DNA of 64,000 nucleotides, taken from NCBI GenBank assembly GCA_977018835.1, contig OZ361257.1, forward strand, positions 372,001 to 436,000, given 5' to 3'. Below the pieces are notes generated by a model. That model did no database searches, had not been told where the DNA came from, and saw only the letters and a list, made by a program, of their open reading frames with translations. Made by a program: the position numbers and the translations under genes. The stretch comes from Minutocellus sp. GHC0000111. Lineage: Eukaryota. The stretch's first letter is position 1; every line of letters begins with the position of its first letter. Shown here one piece after another: positions 46,725-57,752 of the stretch.

Positions 46725-48871
46725 ACAAACCAATGCTGCTGCATCTTACATGTAGATCTATAAATAATTTGTAGACGTGTAACATTTATTTTATACATGT
46801 GTAAAGACATTAATACTATCCATTTATTAGAAGGATGACGAGCTGAGGGCTCCATCCCCTTGGCCGTTTCGTTGAAGTCGATCCTAATTCCAGTGTGCAA
46901 GTCTTCGTCACCCAACCTTCCAACAAACTCATTGCTACTACCGGCCTTAATCACCAGGCCCATTATCCTCCAGCACTGAATGAAGGCCGAAGCAATTTTG
47001 CAGTTAGGCATGCTATCGTAAACGTCCTCGGCAGTGTCCCAGATCTGGTCGGTGGAAATGACGGAGGTGCCTACCATTTTTCGTGCCCATTCCGAGTGCC
47101 GCCGGCTCATCACGGGGAACACGCTCAAGTCAAGGACGTTGGCGTGAGGCATCTGCGGTGCCTGTGGCTGCCACGTCCAGCCTTGCTCAGCACAGAAGTT
47201 AGTAACAAATTGCGTGAAGGTTCCGTCCTCGTGAGGCCCGGCCTGGTCGCCCTGGATAATAACATGGCAATCTTCGCATTGCTTGCCCGGACCGACAAGG
47301 TTGAGAATCGCTGGGAAAATAGTCTCCTTGAATACGAGGAGCAAAGAGCATTTCGGATCCTTTTTGGTGCCTTCGTTCGATCCAGTAACGCAACAATCAA
47401 CAAGAAACGACTCTCCTTTCCGGCGAAGAGGTTCCTTTGGTGTCCCATCGGGGTTGGTATTTGGGTACCGTATTGAACCATCAGGCTGTGATGCTGCTTC
47501 GTACTGAGCTCGCTCCGCTATTTTAGGAGCTTGAGCTCGTACCAGTGGCAGTTTTACAACCTCGCACCCACTCTCAAGAGAACCGTCAAAGACAGCGGCA
47601 ACAAATGCAATGGCCATGACCTTGTTGATGTGGCTCCTGTGAAAGGCCGCGTAATCTCGCTTTTTCACGCCGATTTCCTCGCAAGCCTTCGCAAAAGCTC
47701 GGAGGACGAGACCCCAGAACCATTTCTCATCGCAATGCACGAGGAGAACTCGCTTCTTTCCATTCGGTAAATTGCCGTCCGTTTGCGCCTGTCCTTGGCA
47801 ATTGAATCGGTGTTGAGGCCGAGTGGGATCGGGGTGATGGCCTTGAGAGGCACATTCTTGTGCATCATGCCACCAAAAGGCTTCTCATGCTGGACATCGC
47901 AAAGAGCACCTCCACCGACACCTCGACTGACCACAACAAATCCATCCCTTGCCCTCAGGCCGACTCATGTTGGGACTGAAGTCGGCAGACACAAGGACAT
48001 GTTCCCCAGTGCTGATGGCAGGTCGCATGTCATCTTCCATTCTCATTGCTTTCTTGCGTTCGGGTGGTGCATCCGTCGGCATCCTGTGCGACCGAAGATG
48101 TTCACGCATTTGCACCCTCTGCTCCAAATGACGCATCGCCTCCTTCATTTTGTTCCTTTTCTTCTCGGCATCGACCATGGCCTTTTCATCCTTCCGCTTT
48201 TCTCGTTTCAAGGCATCCCTTAGCCCTTTCAAAGCCTCCTCTGCAGCTTTGCATTGCGCTTCGGCCTCAACCAGCAGCACATCCAAATTCTCCTCGGTCG
48301 ATCCACCAGAATTGGCGGTGCCGGCAGCAGAAACACCGACACTGGCAGGATTGCCAGATTCTTCACTGTTGCCGCTTCCATCCACCACCATGGACTCGGC
48401 GATGCCCCCAGCTTCGACATCATCATCACCAGGACGAGCAGCGATGCCAGCATTGTCCTCGACCGTCTGCTCAGGGCTGGCATCGGCGTTGTTGGATGAC
48501 GAATTGCGCCGAGCAATTTGAATTTGAGAAATCGGCACATCTTGTGCCGGATCAGGACCGGTCTGGCTCGGACAGCACAGCTCCTCCTCTCGGGCTTGCT
48601 CCATGATGTCCTGCTGTTTCTGAAGTGAGAGGCCCGCCCATGCCCGGTTCGCTGTGGTCTGGATCATCCCAGGAGACTTGCCACGAATCGCAGAGGCATC
48701 GATGGTGCCGCTCCGATGGACAAAACAATCAAAGCATGGGATGGAGCTGCCGGACCGACGGGAGCGGCGACATGCTGGCGCACCAGCTGCGGTGGCAGCA
48801 GCAGCAGCAGCCATTTGCATTGATGTGGTGTTGGATGCAGTGTTTTGTGGCAGCAGAGCAACAGTTTGCAT
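46652..48871 (-). pseudogene. Disrupted plant/algal-mariner-like DDD transposase (catalytic domain 47740-46830; N-terminal pieces in other frames)
   Basis: LVHCDEKWF, HINKVM, IIQGDQAGPH, QAPQMPHANVLDLSVF (38 residues between the 2nd and 3rd Asp). Frame breaks at about 47940 and 47770; no HTH region seen. Confidence 0.78.
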
Positions 48872-49459
48872 GTCGGGTGGGTTGGAAGTGAGGAAGGTTT
48901 CATTGAGTGGCGGGCGCGCCGGGCGGGTGATGATTTTTTTGGCCCGCTCGATTTTGGCGCGGGGTCACCCGGACCGCACAAGATGCGCCACCATGGGGAC
49001 CATGGAGACCGACATCGGAGCTCAAACCACATGGCTACTTGAATCAATGCATTTGGGAGGTGGTGGTGGGGTCGGGAGGTGGAGGAGGTGACCGGTTGTC
49101 ATCGGAAAAACTGGCAGAAGTCGGGAGGGGCGATGGATGGGGTGAATCGGCCAGACGCTGGCATGGGAAGATGAAATCGACATCTCCGAGTCGGTCCAAG
49201 GTCAAGGACCAACCCGTTCTGGAGATACCACGCTTATCCCTTGCGTGAAGCGGATGCCGTCGGCACTGCCGTCACCACCATCTTGAAGACAGGACGACAT
49301 GCTGCTTGCTGCGTGCGTTTGTGCTGATTTTTATGAGATTTTGCCCAAAGACCCGAAAACCGGGTCCCTGAAACTGCTGTCCGCGACCTCGTAACCCTAA
49401 CAGCCACAAGACCAAGACATCCTGACCTCATTTCTCACCATCATTTCAAGTAGCCAGCC

Positions 49460-49747
49460 ATGCCCATCCAGCACAACGCGTACTTCGACTCCCAGGTCCA
49501 ATCCCTCGCCAGCGAGCGCCATGGGCGCAAGTTCAGCGTTGGGATCATCGCCGCCGGCTCGTGCCACTTTGGTGCAGATGCCGCCGAGCGCATGACCGTC
49601 ATCAGTGGCATGCTGACGGCCAAGCTCGATGGCACGGACGATTGGGTGAATTATCCTGCGGGTACCAACTTTGAGATTCCTTCGAAATCTGGCTTCGATG
49701 TCAAGGCTACGGTCGATGCGGCCTATCAGTGCGAGCAGCATCTTTGA
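49460..49747 (+). CDS. ppnP: Pyrimidine/purine nucleoside phosphorylase (DUF1255, cupin)
   Basis: 95 aa: HNAYFDSQVQSL, SVGII..G...F.....ERMTVISGML, W....AG..FEIP..SGFDVK.....Y.CE. Confidence 0.85.
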   Translation: MPIQHNAYFDSQVQSLASERHGRKFSVGIIAAGSCHFGADAAERMTVISGMLTAKLDGTDDWVNYPAGTNFEIPSKSGFDVKATVDAAYQCEQHL

Positions 49748-50547
49748 TGCAGATGCAGAAAGTGACGAACGAACGAGAGAGGACAAGAGCAGTTCGCTAC
49801 TTTCATTTTCGACGTCTTGATTGAGAAAGTAGCGCATGCCGAGACAATATTAAGCGGGCGATCGACCAAGAAAAAGATAGTACACCTTCACAACTCAGTG
49901 CATTCATACATTTGATTGCTGAGCAAGAATTATGCTTGCAAAGACAGCGGTGGAACGAAATGCTTGTTGTCAAATGTGGGAGAAAAAAAGCGGGTGCAAG
50001 TTTAGCCAGCCAAATGGCCCAAGAGGAAGTAAACTAGCACAGCAATACCATATCCTCTACGCTTGGAGCTCTCCTAGTCGCAAGTGATTCCTTAGACAAA
50101 CAAACAAGCACCGGTAACACATTTACACATTGCCGATGTTGCCCCCTCCTCTTTCTCTCTCTGCGCCTCCTCGTCTCCTCGTCTCGTGCTAAAAATTAAT
50201 GTCTGTCCGTCGCCCGTTACTTTCCCTGCAAGCAAGCAAGACCAAGACGCCCGAGACAACACATTCGCTTCGCATTGCCTCGGCTCTTCGCTACTCTACA
50301 GGAACCAATCCAATATCTTGGTCATGGTTCATTCAAGCTTTACAACTTCATTCAAACCAATGCATTCAGAATGTGTCTCTCATCAGCTCATAAATCGAAC
50401 AACTCAACAATTGAAAAGCAAAACAACAAACACACCAAGCAATCCAAAACAAAAACTAGATCTAGATCTACTACGTTGCTGTGCCAACCATCCCAACAAA
50501 TCAACTACAACACTACAACTTTCAAACCAAAATTCAAATTAAATATC

Positions 50548-51162
50548 ATGAAGATTAGTTCCTACGCTTACACCGCCCTGGCCATCGCGTCCCTTGCCAC
50601 CAGTGCATCTGCTGGATGCAGCAGTAGCGACAAGGTTGACGTCGAAGTATGCATCAAGACCGACAACTGGCCCGGCGAGACGTCTCTCATCATTGACAAC
50701 GCCGACGATGAAACAGTTCTCGAGATGGATGGATTCTCTCGAGGTGGCAAGGTATACTGCGAAGATGTCCGCCTATGCTCCGGCAAGAACTGGCTCTTGA
50801 TCGAGGACTCAAATTGCGATGGACTCGGCCATTCCTACGGTGAGGTTATCATCCGCACCCGGAAGAGTAAGATTATGGACAAGGCTCTGAACAACTTTGG
50901 CTGCGAATACGGATGGCGCAAATTTGATGTGCCGAGAGAAAGCAGTGGCGGCGGAGGCGGCTGCACTGGAAGCAAATGCAGCGGCGGCGGCGGTGTCGGC
51001 GGAGGAGGAGGCGGTGGAAGCAACGGCCCCTTCGGTTCGCGCAACTGTCGGGAGTGCAAGGACGAGTGCGCCGATAGGAATTCGGGCGATTCGTGGGGCA
51101 AGAAGCGTTGCAAGACGGACATCTGCCGCGCCCACTACGGCAAGCGCGCTTGCAAGGATTAA
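50548..51162 (+). CDS. Small secreted Cys-rich protein with Gly linker
   Basis: Signal peptide ending ASA; KTDNWPGETS beta-domain; C-terminal six-Cys module CRECKDEC...RCKTDIC...AC. Confidence 0.7.
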   Translation: MKISSYAYTALAIASLATSASAGCSSSDKVDVEVCIKTDNWPGETSLIIDNADDETVLEMDGFSRGGKVYCEDVRLCSGKNWLLIEDSNCDGLGHSYGEVIIRTRKSKIMDKALNNFGCEYGWRKFDVPRESSGGGGGCTGSKCSGGGGVGGGGGGGSNGPFGSRNCRECKDECADRNSGDSWGKKRCKTDICRAHYGKRACKD

Positions 51163-51408
51163 TCCCAATATGGTCTAATGAGTATGAAATGCTTGTGCCA
51201 ATATTTCCAAGCATTTGGGCATACATGTCGTCTGAGCGGCTGTTGCGGAACAAGAAAAGATATTCACGGACAAGGAATTAGAATCGAGTAAGATATATAT
51301 GACATTTAGAGAGATTAATTAAAAACAGTCCATAACTTCAGACTTACCATTCTCGTCACAAACAAGCATTACGTAGAGGTTGTGCTTGCATTACATGTAA
51401 AAGAAACC

Positions 51409-51979
51409 ATGAAGATCACTTCCTATGCTTGCACCGCCTTGGCTTTTACTTTCCTCGCTACCAGCGCTCATGCCGGATGCAACCAGAAAACGGACATGGA
51501 AATTTGTGTTACGACAGACGACTACCCCGAAGAGACAAAATGCATTGTTGATGATGGAAGTGGCAGCCAGCGAATCGAGATGAATAACATGTCGAAGGCA
51601 GGAAAGACGTACTGCGATGACGTTCGTCTTTGCCCCGGCTGGCATTCGCTCACGTTGAAGGATAGCTATGGCGACGGATTTGATGGCAGAGTTACTGTTC
51701 GCCCCGTTGGTAGTGGCAAGATAATCGACGAGAGACCTCGGAATTTTAGCTATACAGGTGGAGTACGTCTTTTCAGGTACCGTTCAGCACCTACACCAAT
51801 GGTAGCAACAACAACAACAACACAACATTCGCGGAAGCAGCGGACCCTTCGGTTCGCGCAACTGCCGCGAGTGCAAGGACGAGTGCGAGCGGAGAAACAG
51901 TGGCGATTCGTGGGGCAAGAAACGGTGCAAGACCGACCGCTGCCGTGCGCATTTCGGCAAGAAGCCTTGCAAGGATTAG
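51409..51979 (+). pseudogene. Tandem paralogue of the 50548 gene, frameshifted in the linker
   Basis: MKITSYACTALA, TTDDYPEET. The module GPFGSRNCRECKDEC...KPCKD* is present but out of frame with the ATG. Confidence 0.7.
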
Positions 51980-53058
51980 TTTGATTGATATCAGGCGCTG
52001 AAGACCATTTCGGGTCGTAACCAATGAACCCTGATCTGATGTATATTTGTTTAGAGATTTAGAAAAAATCAGAAAGACGGAGAGAGAATGCAGATTATCA
52101 TAGGAAAATTTAGAGATTGGAAGGAAAGTGAGGAGAGCAGTAAATTAGAGAAATACAACCTGTCACTTGCAGAATACACACGCTTGGTCATTGTGCAGGT
52201 ACGCAAGTAAGTGGAGTAAGTGGTCGGTCTCACCATCTTCATACATGCATGTCCCCAAAACCGAGTCGCATGCATTCATCACGATGGACTCTGGGGCAAG
52301 CTCGCACCGTTTTGGCAGCACCAAAAGCATGCACCTTGATGTTCATACGTTGACGTTTGTTATCCCTGACCAAGGTATCGGTTGGTTGGTCAAGGAGCTC
52401 GTTTTTAGCGTCATTCTATCACGTACTAGCTAGCTCCGAACGTCGACCTTGGTCGGAAGCAGCAGCAGTCCAGAACCAGCACGAACGCCACCAGGCCAAG
52501 CACAATATATCTTGTCACTGCATATATCAGCCACAACACGTTCAACTGATGCATCGCCAGGAGCAATCCCAGCACCGAGAAGACGAGGCCGACAGTACGG
52601 TCGGTGGCGGTACCGCCATTGGGGTTGATGATTCGGCTGTTCATTGTCGCTTGCAATCGGCGGACTTCAACGTCAAATTGCTCAGCCAAACATTAAAAAA
52701 AAGCGGTATAATAGTATATAAAGCTGCCGAAGGGGCAATTGCGTTGTCACTATTAGTACCTACTAGCTAGTAGGTATGCCATCGTCGGCCCTCTATGCCA
52801 TCGTCGGCCCTCTCGCCCCGCCCTCTTCGGCCGTTGGAAAGCAAGTCGATTGGAAAGCAAGTCGATCGTCAGGTTTTGCCCGCATACTTTTGCGTCGCAT
52901 CTCTTTTCCCGCAAACCGCCATGAAGTCAAAAGCCAGCACATCTCGTGGCCGTTCCTTGGTCAGGTACCGTCGGTAACCATCAAATACTCCGCCGTTGCA
53001 CAGTCTCCAGACAGCCTCCAGACAGCCTCCATCACCTTATTTATCCTCTAATTTCCCC

Positions 53059-53937
53059 ATGACTCGCAAATTGAAGCAGCCAGGGGGGCACAATCCTCTC
53101 ACCTCGCACGAACGCAAGAAGCTCCTCGGAGATTACGGCACCCAGACCGCTCGGCTGGGCACCGCCTCCCAACGTCGGTTCGGAGACTGTGCCCTTTCCC
53201 TTGCTCCTGCAGTCGACCCGGTGTGCACGCCTAGCGGTAATATATATTCTCGCGAAGCCATCGTGCAGTATCTGCTGACCAAAACGACCGAGCTCAAGGA
53301 GGCACGGGCCCAACGAGATGCGGAAATTGCGCAAGATGAGCGCAAGAAGGCCGCCAGGGAGGCCGACGAACAGCAAAAGGCGGCCCAAAAGTTTGTCCAA
53401 AAGGATCAGGGGGCGGTGCAGGCAAAAGTCGATGAGCATGCCAAGACGTTGGACGCCAAGAAGGGCAAGAAGATCAGCATGGAAAGCACCGAGGAGGGCA
53501 AGAAGGGGTTGAAGCGGACGAGTTATTGGCTGTCGGAATATTCACCGGGTGGGAAGGATGATGATGACAACGACGGTAAAAGCAAAACGAGGGAACCGAT
53601 ACCCGACCGACCGCCATCGCCGATGACCGGTGCGCCCCTCCGTCGGAAGGATTTGGTATCCATCGAGCTATCTCGAGCGGAAGGGTCCAACGGCAACGTC
53701 ACCTGTGCCGTATCCGGCAAGGCCATTACCACCCAAAAGGCCATTATCATCAAGAAGACGGGCAAGGTGATGCTGGAGGATGTGTACGAGAAGTTGGCCA
53801 AGCCCGATATGGTATGCCCATGCACCGGACGAAAGTTCAAGGAGAAAGATGTGATCCAGCTGGCCAAGGCGGGCAGTGGGTATGCCGGCGGTGGGGTCAC
53901 AGTCGAGGCCAAGCGGTACAAGCCGACGTTGACATAA
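53059..53937 (+). CDS. NOSIP: Nitric oxide synthase-interacting protein (U-box/RING splicing-associated)
   Basis: MTRK...TSHERKK...YGTQTARLG..SQRRFGDCALSL...DPVCTPSGNIYSREAIVQYLL; SPMTGAPLRRKDL; CPCTGRKFKEKDVIQL...GSGYA. Confidence 0.9.
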   Translation: MTRKLKQPGGHNPLTSHERKKLLGDYGTQTARLGTASQRRFGDCALSLAPAVDPVCTPSGNIYSREAIVQYLLTKTTELKEARAQRDAEIAQDERKKAAREADEQQKAAQKFVQKDQGAVQAKVDEHAKTLDAKKGKKISMESTEEGKKGLKRTSYWLSEYSPGGKDDDDNDGKSKTREPIPDRPPSPMTGAPLRRKDLVSIELSRAEGSNGNVTCAVSGKAITTQKAIIIKKTGKVMLEDVYEKLAKPDMVCPCTGRKFKEKDVIQLAKAGSGYAGGGVTVEAKRYKPTLT

Positions 53938-54353
53938 GACTTAAGCGCTGCGTAGACTTCTAGATAGACATTGCATTGCAGTACAGATATTCGACCATAT
54001 CATCACAATCTAGAGAAACTTGTGTTGTGTGCCTGCTTTAATGCTAGCTAGCTAGCTACCAGTAGTAGCAAACGGAGGACGGCGGATGAGACGTCACATG
54101 CGCTTCACCAAACTCGTACCGGTAGTTCTACGTACGTGCGAAAACAAGAAGATGCCCACATCCAACATCAATGAACACCTCATGTCGATAGGTATGTCGA
54201 TACAACGATTAGAATTATTGAGCAACTATTGTGCTCACAAAACCCGAACCCTGGCCCAAGACCAGGTCATCCTCTCAAACCAAGCACTGCATAAAAAGTT
54301 CCAATCGAAATATCAGATTTTGTAGATCTAGGTACTAGTAGTTGTTAATAACA

Positions 54354-54761
54354 ATGAAGCCAATCGTTGCCGCCCTGCCCCTTGTCCTTGCTGCCACCGC
54401 CGCCACCGCCGAAGGCAGAGTTAGTGCCAAAGAAGGCATGGTTGACGCCGCCCAAGACGCTGGCGTCCAAGCTAAAAGGGTCGAGAAAGAAGACAAACCG
54501 AAGCCTGGACGCTATCTGAGCTTGCGCGACCTTGAACCCGAAGGGCGTGGTCGTGGTCGTGGTCGTGGCCGCGGCCGCGGTGCCATTGCTACTGTCCCCG
54601 GAATCCAAGCCAAGAAGGTTGAGGAAGAGGTCGAAACAACACCTGTTCAAGCCAGACGCTATCTGAGGTCGCGCGATCTTGGACCTGAGGGTCGTGGTCG
54701 TGGTGGAGGTCGTGGTGGAGGCCGAGGACGTGGTCGCGGTCGTGGTCGCGGAGGAAGGTAA
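54354..54761 (+). CDS. Secreted precursor with two RYL sites, each followed by a (Gly-Arg)n peptide
   Basis: Signal peptide; duplicated module QAK(R/K)VE.E...RYL..RDL(E/G)PEGRGRG... Confidence 0.7.
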   Translation: MKPIVAALPLVLAATAATAEGRVSAKEGMVDAAQDAGVQAKRVEKEDKPKPGRYLSLRDLEPEGRGRGRGRGRGRGAIATVPGIQAKKVEEEVETTPVQARRYLRSRDLGPEGRGRGGGRGGGRGRGRGRGRGGR

Positions 54762-54895
54762 CTTGTCAAGGTTATTTATCTTTTCTAGCTAGTCTCTAGC
54801 TAGAGAGCTAGAAAAACAAAAGTTTTTAATATTTTCATTACCGGATGGACAGGGCTGGCCCGCTAAACCTAGATACCAATCACGACTTTAGTAAG

Positions 54896-55840
54896 CTACA
54901 ACCCCTTTGGCTTGGTCTTGCGATCTCTCATGGTCTTGCCAACATCGTTCGCCATCGATCGACTGACCCCATACAAGGCATCCCCGGCACTTCCCAGGGC
55001 ATTCTTGACCGACTGCTCCTGTATGTACCCATCGAGACCACCGATCAATAGCTCTGGATTGGCTTTGCATAGGTTGAATATCACCGGCTGCGGTAGCATC
55101 ATCATGTTGGATAGGAATTCCATCGCGCCAGGGAACAAATGTGACGGGTAGGAGAGCAATATTGGATTTTGCGCGATGGCTGAAGGTGGCATACCGATCG
55201 TATCAACCAAAACTTTTGCCGATTCAACTATATCTTCTGTTGTCAGTCGGAACAATTGAGGGCATTTCGATAGCAATTCATCTTCATCGTTCTTTTCGTC
55301 AGCAGCATCTGATAATATCGCCTTTTCGACGAGCGCCCGTCTTGTTTCCCTCCATACGCTGCCGGTCCTCCAGTCAGTATCAACCTCTCCAGGATTGTCT
55401 ACTACTTCTTCTTCGTTCATTGACTCCACCCTCTGTGCCGAGGCTTCCGACAAGGACAAGTCGGAATCGTCCAAACCGCTACCTCCGCCCGACAAGTCCA
55501 GCACGGGCCTACTTTGCCTCTCGGCCGCCACCTCCCACGGGAGCTTCTGCTCTGCCGCTTGTATGATTTCGTCACTCAAGCCATCATTATCACTGGCTGT
55601 AGCAGCGCACCGCAAGAGATTGTTGCGGTTTATTCTTGCGTCATCAAAGGTATTGGTCTGGAACCTTTTGATTGATCTGCCCAGCGAACACTCATTGCTG
55701 CAATATGAGCTGGAAGAACAACATCTCTCGGCATGTGTTGGCGGATGTACAAAACCATGCGCTGGCTTGACTTCTGCAGATACAAATAGAGCCACGGTTA
55801 GCAGCAAACGTCCAGGCACGCGTTTTGGCATGGCGGGCAT
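54896..55840 (-). CDS. Plastid-targeted protein with mTERF-like helical repeats
   Basis: Signal plus AHGF transit-like N-terminus; KCPQLFRL, IAQNPILLSY, CKANPELL repeats. Confidence 0.5.
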   Translation of the reverse strand: MPAMPKRVPGRLLLTVALFVSAEVKPAHGFVHPPTHAERCCSSSSYCSNECSLGRSIKRFQTNTFDDARINRNNLLRCAATASDNDGLSDEIIQAAEQKLPWEVAAERQSRPVLDLSGGGSGLDDSDLSLSEASAQRVESMNEEEVVDNPGEVDTDWRTGSVWRETRRALVEKAILSDAADEKNDEDELLSKCPQLFRLTTEDIVESAKVLVDTIGMPPSAIAQNPILLSYPSHLFPGAMEFLSNMMMLPQPVIFNLCKANPELLIGGLDGYIQEQSVKNALGSAGDALYGVSRSMANDVGKTMRDRKTKPKGL

Positions 55841-56281
55841 GGCACCGATCAAGTCGTCGTGCTTCAATTAGTCAGAGTAGGGCGGAAGTGCCGCCATTGT
55901 TCCTTCAGTCGCCCATCTTCATCCTGGGCTCTGTTCTCTTCCTGGCGGTTTGCGGGAAATGCGGATACGACTAATTTATTGTTCGGAATGCAGGCATTTC
56001 GGCCACCTCCAGCCAACCATGAAGCAAGATCGGTCGCCACTTCATCAGCACATGCACGGCTCAGCAAGTCAGGCGTAGTTGACTCCAAACATTCGGCCCG
56101 ACCTGCTCCAAGTGCTACGTAGCTATATTGCGTTCGTTTGCATCGATACCTTTTCACCAGAATTCGAGCACAAGATACATACGCTCCATCTCAAAAGCCA
56201 GCACAAACTTTCCCCGCCCGAGCTCGGTCATTTCTCTTCGCCGTCATTCATCGTGCCTCAGTTGCATATAGCCAATTCAAC

Positions 56282-57426
56282 ATGCCCAGCCCAATCCGTG
56301 TGCCGATTCACCAGAAGCTCAACTCTTATCGTACTACTGCCGCCGAAGACGATGCCAACGATGCCATCACGGCGTATCTGACGCCCCTCCTCACCAAGCA
56401 CGAGCGGAACCAGTCTACGAGGACCTGCTGGAGAGCTACGAGGTGGCCAAGGCGGTGGCTGCCTCTGCTGGCAACAATTATACCCACGCCCAGAAAGACG
56501 TAGAACATCTGCACGAATCACAGCTGGTCGCATACGAGGCTTATGCTAAGATGGAGCTGACCAAGATGGCGGAGAGTCAAGAATATCCGTCCATCGAGGA
56601 GGACGAGTCGATGCCGGCATATCTCGAACGGGTCGTTACTACCGTCAAGGCCGGGAATCCGAGTTTGAAGGGATGGAGGGTATCGGATAAGTTTGTGGAG
56701 GAGACGTTCTGGTCCAAGGTAAAAGCGGAAGCCCGAAAGGCGTACTTCGCACTGAAGAGTCAGTCCATCGAGAAGGACAAGCAGTGGAAGACCGCTGATC
56801 AGACGACCAACAAGGTCAAGGCATTTGAGGCGGCCGCCCTCGGAGCGCTCGTTTCCAAGTCCGAATCACAAGATTCGGAGATGGCCGACGAAGAGGACGA
56901 GCAGGATGTGGAGGGAGATAAAAATGATGGGGGCGACGATACTGGCGATGACGAGGCTGAAGATGATGAGGCCGACGACGATGATGGTGATGATGATATC
57001 GAGGAAGATGAAGCAGAAGCCGAGGCCAGAGATATTATTGGCCATACGCAGGAGGCCAACGATGACGATGTTCCAGATGGGGGATTGAGCGGCGCAGCTG
57101 AAACCGGCGTCAATGAAAACGATGCGCCGGCTGTAAAGACGCCGATGAAAACCAAGAAGAGACGCCGTCTTCCCAACGGTCCTCTTAAAGGCGGCGGTAC
57201 CAGCACCGCCGACGGTGGGAAGAAGCAGCTGGCCAAGAAGCAAAAGACCGGCAAGGGAGCCGATGGAGATACTACTACTGGCGGCGCTGGTAGAGGTAGC
57301 GCTGGTGGTCGCGGTAAGGGCGGTACGAAGAACGGTAAGGCCGGCCGAGGTGGGGGAGGAGGTCGGGGAACACGAAAGAGAACTCGCAAGAAGGGTGCAG
57401 GGGCGGGGGGCGGAGGAGTTGCATAA
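56282..57426 (+). CDS. Hypothetical nuclear protein (acidic tract, Lys/Arg/Gly tail); frameshift near 56405
   Basis: The ATG frame MPSPIRVP...TKHE switches to EPVYEDLLESYEVAK; long D/E tract and KKRRR NLS-like motif. Confidence 0.5.
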
Positions 57427-57752
57427 TATTACCATGCTACTTTCTAAACAAATAAATGCAGCAACGAAAAGAAGCGCTTATATTTTGGTTTATTGTATGC
57501 ATTTATTTCTATCCTATATAGCTCAAGTCGTAGTATATTTATTCATGGTGCAATTTTGTTCGATTCCAAGCTGGTAGAGAGTCACTTCTATCAAATGCAC
57601 CATACATGTAAGGCGCAGATGAGCCCACCCTGACAAAACTTTCGCTCCTGGATAGAAAAAAGGCGAGATAATTTATCATACTGCAAGTTTTGTCTCTGCA
57701 AGAAGGCACGGCTTGGAAGGTTTTTGTTGACTTGATGATAAGATGTATTTTC

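Larger units (their letters stand above)
45388..49391. mobile_element. Tc1/mariner-superfamily element (4004 bp), TA-flanked, imperfect ~48-bp TIRs (45388-45435, 49345-49391)
   Basis: TA|CGAGGTCCGGGACAGCAATTTCGGGGACCCG versus reverse complement TA|CGAGGTCGCGGACAGCAGTTTCAGGGACCCG; contains a DDD transposase remnant. Confidence 0.85.

Noticed and set aside
49392..49400. TAACCCTAA telomere-like motif at the mariner right end
   Set aside because: Only 1.5 repeat units, which is compatible with chance.
52426..52689. Small hydrophobic ORF
   Set aside because: Short, no recognisable motif, and it ends in a TAGC patch.
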